A stretch of 64,000 bases of DNA from Deltaproteobacteria bacterium (GTDB taxonomy: Bacteria; Myxococcota; Kuafuiibacteriia; Kuafuiibacteriales; Kuafuiibacteriaceae), in contig WYAZ01000135.1 of the NCBI GenBank assembly GCA_011526105.1, positions 83,190 to 147,189 of the forward strand. Direction: 5' to 3'. This document shows positions 56,778 through 64,000 of the stretch, in pieces. Made by a program: the position numbers and the translations under genes. The notes under the pieces were generated by a model that was given only the letters and a program-made list of their open reading frames with translations, was not told where the DNA came from and did no database searches. Position 1 is the first letter of the stretch. Each line of letters starts with the position of its first letter.

Positions 56778-59612
56778 TTATGATGGTCGTTCCGCTTCGA
56801 GTCCTACCGGGGCCTTGAGCCTCGCCAGTGCGCCGAGCACGGAGTCTTTGAAGATTCGAATACCGAGCCCCGGCTTCATGCCGTGGATCTCTTTGACGTC
56901 CAGCGCCAACAGGAAGCTCACGATCTCTTTCGTGATCACCTGGCCCGGGACCAGCACCGGGAAGCCGGGCGGATAGGGCGTGATGAATGAGGCGGAGACG
57001 AGTTCCCGGCGCTCTGCGACGCGGGCCAAGAGCGAAGCATCGAACGGGATGAACTCGCAGGATTCCTCGTCGTAGGCCTGGAAATAGGCGCGGCGGATGT
57101 CTCCTTCGGGGGTGGTGCTCTTGGGGTCAGGCAAGAAGATCCGGTGGAAGCGGCTGAAGTTCGGCAGCGGTGGGAGTTCCTCCGTGAGTGATGCGACCTT
57201 GCGGTCGAAGGCTGCGTGCTCGGCCGCGCTGGCATGCTCGAGTGTGCGCGCGAGGTCGGTCGCGATGTCCGTCAGCACCTTGACGAGGTGAGCGATTGTT
57301 CCTCGGGTCATGCCGATGTGAATCAGGAACAGCACGGTGTTGCGCGACGTCTTGTTAATGTGGATGTCGTACTTGTTCATGAGCAACCCCTTGAAGGAGT
57401 CGCCGTCGTAGCCTGAGCGGCCGACGTGAAGTGTGACGCGGGTGGGGTCGAGCACGAATTCGTCACCCGTCCAAGCATGTTCGACTGGGCCGTGCCGGGT
57501 GATGGGATCCCAATAGCGATGGATGCCCGACGGTCGATGTTCTTCGGGGATCATGTCTTTGGGACCCAGCACTCGGAAGAACCTTTCGAGCAGCGGGTCT
57601 TCGCTGATGCGCTCCCGCAAGGTCATGGCGAGCTCGAAGGACTCGCCGACGAGGTCGAGACCCTCGAGTTCTACTTGGCGGCGACCCACGTCGAGCGAGG
57701 CGAGGATCTGGTAGTTCGGCGACGTCGACGTGTGGGTCATATACGCCTCGTGAAATGGCTCCTCGGCCCGGCGTTCGAACTCGGAGTCGCGCACATGGAT
57801 CATGGAGCCCTGGCGCAGCGAGGTCAGGGTCTTGTGCGTGGACTGCGTGGCGTAGACGCGAACTCGGGCGTGTTCGGGGTCCGGCAGGAGCTGCGCCATC
57901 CATCGCGGGTCGCTCGGCTCGGGCGTGCCAAATGCAGCCCGCCACGCGTCATACGTGGCGCGATAGGCGTCGCTGCGCAGTTCACGCTCCAACCTGCGCG
58001 CCGCGTGCATGGCGGTCCGCTGACGGAGCACCGGCGTGAAGCGGCCGTAGGCGAACCAGGCCTCGTCCCAGAGGAACAAGATGTCGGGCTTGATGGCCAG
58101 GATCTCCTTCATCACCCGGTAGGGGTCGTAGGTGATGCCGTCGAAGGTCACGTTCGTGAGCAGCAACAAGCGGACGCGGTCCAGCTTGCCTGCGGCTTTG
58201 AGTTCGAGGAGTTGACGTTTGATCTCATCGAGCGCGACGCCCCCATACATGGAGTATTCGGGCAGCGGATACGGATCGAGGTAGATGGGTGACGCGCCGG
58301 CCAGGATCACCGCGTAGGGGTGAGACTTGTGACAGTCGTGGGAGAGCAGGACGATGTCGCCCGGCTGGATCAAAGCCTGCATCACGATCTTGTTCGCAGT
58401 GGACGTTCCGTTCGTGACGAAGAAGGTTCGCTCCGAGCCAAAGGCTCGCGCGGCCAACTCCTGCGCTCGCTTGAGTGACCCGGTGGGCTGCAACAAGGAG
58501 TCGAGGCCCCCGGTGGTCGCGGAGGTTTCTGCAAAGAACAGCTGCGATCCGTAGAAGTCGCCGAAGTCACGAATCCACTTGGACTTTGCGATTGTGCGTC
58601 CGCGGGAGACGGGAAGCGCGTGAAACATCCCCGTCGGCTTTTCGCTGTAGCGCCGGAGCGCGTCGAAGAACGGAGTCTCGAAGCGGTCATGCACGCCCTT
58701 CAAGAAGCTCACGTGCTGATCCTGAAGGTCCTCGGCTTGATAGAAGAGCCGACGAAACGGGCTCTCTCCGCGGCCGATCACACTCTCGATGGGGGCGTCG
58801 GTCACGCGGTAGAGGTCGATCTCGGGGCGAAGGTCTTTGAGCAGACGGCCGAGCTCCGCGGTGCGGGCGCCGGGCATCAGAGCGGCGAGTCGATCGCGAT
58901 CTTCACCCAGGAGGTGATACAGGGGCTCGAGCAGGTCCGCGTCCGCATTGCCGGAGAACGGAAAGCTGTAGCGCGTGACGACGGCTGCGATGCCGGGATT
59001 GGCGAGCACCGCGAGGACGGCGTCCTCGAAGCTGCGTGCGACCACCAGTTCATAGATGAAGCGATCGTTGTCGCGCCGGAAGCCTCGGAGCTGCTGGCGG
59101 AGCTCCCGCTCTTCCTTGATCGAGATGTCATCCACGACCAGCAGTTCGAAGTAGAGACGGTCAGCTTCCTCGACCGGCTCGTCCATGGCCGTTTCCCTGA
59201 TGCCCACGCCGTCCCCAGTGAGGAAGTCGAGGTAGTCGTGGGCTCGGACCGAGGCCAGGTCGAGGCGCCGATACGCACCTGAGCTGCGCAGACGCGCGAC
59301 GCGTATGGAGATGGTGGCCAGGTCCTCGAACTCGCCTTCGTCCAGGAGACGCCCGAGGTGCGCGAGGATCCGCATGCCGGGGAAGGAGAAGTACCCCTCG
59401 AGCTGCTCGAGGAATCCGATGGCCTCCCGGATGCCCGTCTGAAGTAGGTTCGCCGACGCATCCTCGCGCTGGGTGCGCCGAAGCCGGCGGGCCAGGTCGC
59501 GGAGCCGGTTCCAGGTGTCAGCGCGAAGCCGGGCGATGTTGTGCAGGGTGAGCGGGATGGCTGGTGCTCCGCTCGCGTCCAGGGCGCTCAGGGGTGTGCT
59601 TGGTCTCTTCAC
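56778..59612 (-). CDS. large (biodegradative-type) Orn/Lys/Arg decarboxylase, PLP-dependent fold-type I, with N-terminal wing domain
   Basis: 944 aa. PLP-lysine motif YATQSTHKTLTSLRQG (S-x-HK). Length and domain order resemble AdiA/LdcI/SpeF-type decarboxylases. Confidence 0.85.
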   Translation of the reverse strand: MKRPSTPLSALDASGAPAIPLTLHNIARLRADTWNRLRDLARRLRRTQREDASANLLQTGIREAIGFLEQLEGYFSFPGMRILAHLGRLLDEGEFEDLATISIRVARLRSSGAYRRLDLASVRAHDYLDFLTGDGVGIRETAMDEPVEEADRLYFELLVVDDISIKEERELRQQLRGFRRDNDRFIYELVVARSFEDAVLAVLANPGIAAVVTRYSFPFSGNADADLLEPLYHLLGEDRDRLAALMPGARTAELGRLLKDLRPEIDLYRVTDAPIESVIGRGESPFRRLFYQAEDLQDQHVSFLKGVHDRFETPFFDALRRYSEKPTGMFHALPVSRGRTIAKSKWIRDFGDFYGSQLFFAETSATTGGLDSLLQPTGSLKRAQELAARAFGSERTFFVTNGTSTANKIVMQALIQPGDIVLLSHDCHKSHPYAVILAGASPIYLDPYPLPEYSMYGGVALDEIKRQLLELKAAGKLDRVRLLLLTNVTFDGITYDPYRVMKEILAIKPDILFLWDEAWFAYGRFTPVLRQRTAMHAARRLERELRSDAYRATYDAWRAAFGTPEPSDPRWMAQLLPDPEHARVRVYATQSTHKTLTSLRQGSMIHVRDSEFERRAEEPFHEAYMTHTSTSPNYQILASLDVGRRQVELEGLDLVGESFELAMTLRERISEDPLLERFFRVLGPKDMIPEEHRPSGIHRYWDPITRHGPVEHAWTGDEFVLDPTRVTLHVGRSGYDGDSFKGLLMNKYDIHINKTSRNTVLFLIHIGMTRGTIAHLVKVLTDIATDLARTLEHASAAEHAAFDRKVASLTEELPPLPNFSRFHRIFLPDPKSTTPEGDIRRAYFQAYDEESCEFIPFDASLLARVAERRELVSASFITPYPPGFPVLVPGQVITKEIVSFLLALDVKEIHGMKPGLGIRIFKDSVLGALARLKAPVGLEAERPS

Positions 59613-59733
59613 GTGGTCTTCCTTTCGAAGCCGGCGTTCCCTCCGCGCGAGCGAGCCTTCTCAGCGGCCCCAGTGTGGCCAGGAACGTTCACTTGGGAGA
59701 TGTGGTGTCGTCGATGTCGAATGCCGTCGCGCC

Positions 59734-61062
59734 TCACGGAGCGCTCCCGAGGATCTCTTCCCCGATGATGTCGAGTCCGCGGTCGAGGTCCTCGTCGCTG
59801 ATGACCAGCGGTGAGAGGACTCGGATGACGTTCCCGTGCACCCCGGCGGAGATGACGACCAATCCTCGCGCGAGCGCTTGGGATAAGACCCTCGTCGTCA
59901 GCAGCGTGGCCGGCCTCTTCGGATCGCGATCCTCGACGAGCTCCATGCCCACCATGGCGCCGAGCCCGCGAACATCACCCACCGAGGAGCACTTCGATTG
60001 CAGCGCGCGAAATCGCTCGAACACCTTCGCCCCGATTCGTTGGGCTCGCGCGTTGAGCTTTTGCTTCTCCATCAGATCGATGGTGGCGAGGGCAGCGGCG
60101 CAGGCGACCGGATTGCCGCCAAAGGTGCTACCGATGGTGCCGGAGACCGCTGCGTCCATGATCTCTGCGCGCCCGATCACCGCGGAGATGGGCAGTCCGC
60201 CACCCAGAGCCTTGGCCCAAGTGGAGATGTCGGGGGTGACGCCGTAGTGCTGGTAGGCGCCCCAGTGTCCGGTGCGACCAAAACCCGTCTGCACTTCGTC
60301 GAAGATGAGCATGGTGCCGTGTGTATCGCAGATGCGCCGGAGACCTTCGAGGTAGGCCTTGGGTGCAGGGATGAAGCCGCCTTCTCCGAGCACGGGTTCG
60401 ATGATCACCGCGGCGAGGTCTCGAGGCGACACGTGGGTCAACAACGCGGTCTCGAAGCGCGCGAGCTCCCGGTCGACGAAGCTCTGGAGGTCGAGACCGT
60501 CCCCGTCGTGATAGTGATCAGGGAAGGGCAGGCGGTAAATTTCGGGGGCGAAGGGCCCGCACCCCCGCTTGTAGCCAACCTTTGAGGTGAGCGTCATGCC
60601 GAGCAGCGTTCGTCCGTGGAATGCGCCGGAGAAGCAGATGACGCCCGAACGTCCGGTCGCCTGCCTCGCGATCTTGATCGCGTTCTCGACCGCTTCCGCG
60701 CCCGAGTTGAGGAGCATCGCCTTCGTTGCATCACCGTGCGGCAGAAGCTCCACCAAGCGCTCGCAGAGCGCGATGTAAGGCTCGTAAGTGACGACGTGAA
60801 AGCTGGCATGGAGCACCCGCTGCGCCTGCGCGGAGATCGCCTCGATGACTTCGCGCGGCGCGTGACCCGCGTTGGCCACCCCGATGCCGCCGGCAAAGTC
60901 GATCAGTCGCTCGCCCTCGAGGTCGAACAGGTGGGCGCCGGCGCCTCGAGCGACCGTTCGATCCGTGGCCCTCGGAATGCCCACAGGAACCACCCGGTCT
61001 CGTCGCGCGAGCAGGCTGGCCGAGCCCGCAGGGGTCTCCGGGTTTACACCTATGCCGTTCAT
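59734..61062 (-). CDS. class-III aminotransferase (GABA / omega-amine : 2-oxoglutarate transaminase-like)
   Basis: ICFSGAFHGRT, LIFDEVQTGFGRTG, and the PLP-Lys region DISTWAKALGGG. Confidence 0.85.
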   Translation of the reverse strand: MNGIGVNPETPAGSASLLARRDRVVPVGIPRATDRTVARGAGAHLFDLEGERLIDFAGGIGVANAGHAPREVIEAISAQAQRVLHASFHVVTYEPYIALCERLVELLPHGDATKAMLLNSGAEAVENAIKIARQATGRSGVICFSGAFHGRTLLGMTLTSKVGYKRGCGPFAPEIYRLPFPDHYHDGDGLDLQSFVDRELARFETALLTHVSPRDLAAVIIEPVLGEGGFIPAPKAYLEGLRRICDTHGTMLIFDEVQTGFGRTGHWGAYQHYGVTPDISTWAKALGGGLPISAVIGRAEIMDAAVSGTIGSTFGGNPVACAAALATIDLMEKQKLNARAQRIGAKVFERFRALQSKCSSVGDVRGLGAMVGMELVEDRDPKRPATLLTTRVLSQALARGLVVISAGVHGNVIRVLSPLVISDEDLDRGLDIIGEEILGSAP

Positions 61063-61159
61063 GCCGCTATCCTAAAGTGTATCGGTTCGATAAACAAGAC
61101 AAACTGTTCACGACGAATCAGTCCTTGAAATCACCGTTATATTCGAGCATGGTCCCTTT

Positions 61160-61756
61160 GTGAGTGTGCACTCTGCTAAACAGTCGGTCGAACCCCAATC
61201 CGACCTGTTCGAGGCCGAGGTCGGACCTCGCCTGAAGGCCATCCGGGAGCGTTTTGGGCTCTCTCAGCGGGAGCTAGCGCGCCGGGCCGGGGTGACCAAC
61301 GGCACCGTCTCGCAGATCGAACAGGGCCAAGTGAGTCCCTCGATCGCCTCCATGAAGAAGCTGGTCGCAGCTTTGTCCCTGAGTCTCGCCGACTTCTTCA
61401 CCCTCGACCTCGAGCGGATCCGTACCCCATTTCATGCAGCCAGCGAGCTCGTCGAGATTGGGAGTGGAGCGCTCTCGCTGAGACTCGTCGCGGGTCGTGT
61501 TCCCAACCGACATCTTCAGGTCCTGCACGAGCGCTACGCGCCGGGCGCCGACACGGGGTCGGAACTCTTGTCGCATCCGGGTGAAGAGTCGGGCGTCGTG
61601 GTGCGGGGCAACATCAAACTCAGCGTCGGCAACGAAGAGCGGACACTCGGCCCCGGAGACGCCTTCTACTTTGACAGTCGCATTCCACACAGGTTTCGAA
61701 ACGAAGGGGAGGTCGAGTGCGAGATCGTCAGCGCATCGACCCCACCCAGTTTCTAA
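61160..61756 (+). CDS. XRE-family HTH plus C-terminal cupin transcriptional regulator (PuuR-like)
   Basis: HTH LKAIRERFGLSQRELARRAGVTNGTVSQIEQG. The C-terminal cupin segment GEESGVVVRGNIKLSVGNEERTLGPGDAFYFDSRIPHRFRN. Confidence 0.8.
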   Translation: MSVHSAKQSVEPQSDLFEAEVGPRLKAIRERFGLSQRELARRAGVTNGTVSQIEQGQVSPSIASMKKLVAALSLSLADFFTLDLERIRTPFHAASELVEIGSGALSLRLVAGRVPNRHLQVLHERYAPGADTGSELLSHPGEESGVVVRGNIKLSVGNEERTLGPGDAFYFDSRIPHRFRNEGEVECEIVSASTPPSF

Positions 61757-63225
61757 GAGATTGGAGCAGTCCCTTGGCCAAGTTCAACTCAGCGCTCATC
61801 GAGCATTACACAGGATATGCGGGAGGGCGTTTTCTCCCGTCCGCCGGGAAGTCGACCTTCAAGGTGATCGACCCAGCGAGCCAGGAGATCCTGGCCGAAC
61901 TGCCGAGCTTTGGTGGGAGCGAGACCTCGGCCGCGGTCGAGTCCGCGGTCCCTGTCCTCGAGGATCCCGCACCCCTCGAGACTCGAGCTCGCTGGCTCAC
62001 CGAGATCGCCCGCGCGCACGTGGACAACCGCGACGAACTCGGCCGGATCGTCACGCTCGAAAACGGAAAGCCGCTGGCCGAGGCCAAAGGGGAGATCGAC
62101 TACGCCGCTGCCTTCTATCGAGACGCTGCCCAGCGCCTCGACGTCTTGCGCCCTCGCAAGCTCAAAGAGCGACCCAAGGGCTTGGACTGGACGGTGTACT
62201 CGCGGCCGGCTGGCGTCGCCGGGCTGATTACGCCCTGGAACTTCCCGGTGGCGATGCTGGCGAAGAAGCTCTCGGGTGCGATCGCGGCGGGCGCGCCGGC
62301 GGTGGTCAAGCCGGCGGAGAAGACCCCGCTGTCATGCATCGCCTTGTTTCATCTCCTACACCGCTTGGGCCTCCCGCCCGGCATGGTGAACCTCGTGTTT
62401 GGAGACGCACCCGCGATCGGACGTGTGCTGTGTGAACATCCGGCGGTCAGGGTGTTGAGCTTCACCGGTTCCACCGCGGTCGGGAAGCTGCTGTCCGCCC
62501 AGGCCGCGCCCCATCTGAAGCGCATGTCGCTCGAGCTCGGCGGCAACGCGCCGTTCATCGTGTTCGACGACGCGGACTTGGATCTCGCGGCGGACCAGCT
62601 GATGACCAGCAAGTTTCGAGCGACCGGGCAGACCTGCGTCTGCGCGAACCGAGTGTTCGTGCAGGATTCAATCGCGGCGGCGTTCACGGACCGGGTGGTG
62701 GAGCGGGTGCGTGCGCTCCAGGTTGGGCACGGCCTCGAAGAAGGAGTCACGGTCGGTCCGCTCATCGATCTCGCGGCCTTTCAGAAGGTTTCCAGCCTCG
62801 TCGACGATGCACTCGGGGCCGGAGCCCAGGCCCTGACGGGCGGCCGCACGCCTCCGCCGGCGCCGGACAAGGGGTGCTTCTTTCCGCCCACCGTGCTCAC
62901 CGGCGTTCGAAAGGGCATGCGTATCCTCGGCGAGGAGGCCTTTGGGCCGACCGTGCCGATCGCTCGCTTTACCGAGGAGTCAGAGATCGTGCGAATCGCC
63001 AACGACACCGAGTACGGCCTCGCGGCCTATGTGTTCACCCGCGATCCCGCGCGCGCGGAGCGGGTGATTTCGCGCCTGCGTTTTGGGCACGTCGGCCTCA
63101 ACAGCGGTACTGGTCCCACCCCCGAGGCTCCGTTTGGTGGGATGAAGCACTCGGGCCTCGGCCGGGAAGGTGGAGAAGAGGGCCTGCTCGAGTACGTCGA
63201 GCTTCAGACCGTTCCGCATCCGTAG
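61717..63225 (+). CDS. NAD(P)-dependent aldehyde dehydrogenase (succinate-semialdehyde / aminoaldehyde dehydrogenase-like)
   Basis: ITPWNFPVAM, ELGGNAPFIVFDDADL (catalytic Glu), and GQTCVCANRVFV (catalytic Cys). The start is uncertain; it overlaps the regulator gene by about 40 nt. Confidence 0.85.
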   Translation: MRDRQRIDPTQFLRDWSSPLAKFNSALIEHYTGYAGGRFLPSAGKSTFKVIDPASQEILAELPSFGGSETSAAVESAVPVLEDPAPLETRARWLTEIARAHVDNRDELGRIVTLENGKPLAEAKGEIDYAAAFYRDAAQRLDVLRPRKLKERPKGLDWTVYSRPAGVAGLITPWNFPVAMLAKKLSGAIAAGAPAVVKPAEKTPLSCIALFHLLHRLGLPPGMVNLVFGDAPAIGRVLCEHPAVRVLSFTGSTAVGKLLSAQAAPHLKRMSLELGGNAPFIVFDDADLDLAADQLMTSKFRATGQTCVCANRVFVQDSIAAAFTDRVVERVRALQVGHGLEEGVTVGPLIDLAAFQKVSSLVDDALGAGAQALTGGRTPPPAPDKGCFFPPTVLTGVRKGMRILGEEAFGPTVPIARFTEESEIVRIANDTEYGLAAYVFTRDPARAERVISRLRFGHVGLNSGTGPTPEAPFGGMKHSGLGREGGEEGLLEYVELQTVPHP

Positions 63226-63282
63226 TCGGGCTCTGGTCGCACGACGTGTGAAGGCTGCGAGGAAAAGGTGCCTGTCCCCATT

Positions 63283-63963
63283 TTATCGGCTGCCCAAGTA
63301 GAGTCCGTCGACGATGCCCTCGAGCAAGGGACCCAACACGGCGCGGGACTCGGAGCTCATGAACACTGGCCAAGCCCCGACAAAAACGTCGGTCCAGGTG
63401 CTCGAACTCGCGAACCAGGGTGGGTTCGGCTCGCAGCGCCCCTCGAGGCATGAGTAGCCGAGCGAACAGCCGATCGCGTCCTGGCACGGGATGAACTCAC
63501 GGGCTGGTTCATCCCACAAGCCGACCAGCCACTCGACGCCTTCGATCATGCCGTCGAGCTGAAAGGTGATTCCGGGGTTCCGATCGGGCGCGAAAGCCGA
63601 CTCCGGATCGCCTTCCTGGAGTCGGATCAAGCTCGGCACGGCCAGGCGTCGAGCCAGCTCGGCTCGGTCCCACGCTGCCTGAAAGAAGGTGGCGAGGTGG
63701 ATGAAGTAGCCTGGGGCCAGGGGCACCGGCTGCGCGGACTCTGCGTCGATGGACACCGCTGTCGAGCGCAGGAGCCCGGCCAGATCATTGGCCAGGCCGC
63801 GCGATCCGGACACCTGGAAATCGAAGATCCCCATGCCGCCCGCATCGTGGCGAAGGGACAACTCCAGACCGAGCAGGCCCTTTCGAAGTCGGTTTTCGAC
63901 CTCCAAAAAGGACGCTCCGTCCTTCTTTCGGAGAAAGGCCTCGGCGAGGTTGCCGACGACCAC
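63283..63963 (-). CDS. hypothetical protein, probably 5'-truncated by the window end
   Basis: Open frame with native codon bias running to the window edge. C-terminal Cys-rich segment (CQDAIGCSLGYSCLEGRC). Confidence 0.4.
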   Translation of the reverse strand: MVVGNLAEAFLRKKDGASFLEVENRLRKGLLGLELSLRHDAGGMGIFDFQVSGSRGLANDLAGLLRSTAVSIDAESAQPVPLAPGYFIHLATFFQAAWDRAELARRLAVPSLIRLQEGDPESAFAPDRNPGITFQLDGMIEGVEWLVGLWDEPAREFIPCQDAIGCSLGYSCLEGRCEPNPPWFASSSTWTDVFVGAWPVFMSSESRAVLGPLLEGIVDGLYLGSR

Positions 63964-64000
63964 GCTGGGCTCGAAGCCCCAGATCCGTTCCTGAACGGGC

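Noticed and set aside
1-64000. Search for CRISPR arrays, tRNA/rRNA genes, IS elements, integrases or a prophage
   Set aside because: No regularly spaced direct repeats with spacers, no tRNA-like T-arm/anticodon structures in intergenic gaps, and no transposase or integrase-like ORFs. The only direct repeats are coding low-complexity arrays (EPKP, PAADA, DAAEA).

Overview
This 64 kb window is a densely coding, high-GC (roughly 68-70%) bacterial chromosome segment, almost certainly from a Myxococcota genome. The basis is a 1038-aa lipoprotein carrying six 'Myxococcus cysteine-rich repeat' units (C-G-N-G...NEQCDDGN...GDGCSATC), many secreted lipoproteins with classic lipoboxes, FHA/PilZ/GGDEF signalling proteins, and a GldA/GldF/GldG-like ABC transporter followed by a DUF4340 gene. 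I call about 55 protein-coding genes; the long ORFs antisense to them are R/P/S-rich shadow frames and were rejected. I found no rRNA, tRNA, CRISPR array, IS element or prophage signature. Housekeeping genes include xthA, truA, a FabI-type enoyl-ACP reductase, a PlsC acyltransferase, an SDR, an M20 amidohydrolase, a cyclophilin and a DTW-domain tRNA-modification protein. Notable operons are (i) a Gld-like ABC transporter; (ii) ComEA-like, GlpQ, OM beta-barrel, LolD-like ATPase, 2x FtsX-like permease and LolA-like protein on the minus strand; and (iii) at the 3' end, a minus-strand operon of class-III aminotransferase, an ~945-aa Orn/Lys/Arg-type PLP decarboxylase, an ATP-grasp ligase and a C45/Ntn-type amide hydrolase, divergent from a PuuR-like XRE-cupin regulator plus aldehyde dehydrogenase. 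I read (iii) as a candidate non-canonical amine (polyamine) conjugation and catabolic pathway, and it is my top candidate for an undescribed system. The second candidate is a convergent pair at 22.1-24.7 kb: an 80-aa coiled-coil protein and a 766-aa orphan cytoplasmic protein with atypical K/N-rich composition and a possible His/Cys dyad. Start codons were refined by hand for several genes, and the ORF track evidently allows GTG starts. All functional calls rest on motif recognition by eye and need confirmation by homology search.
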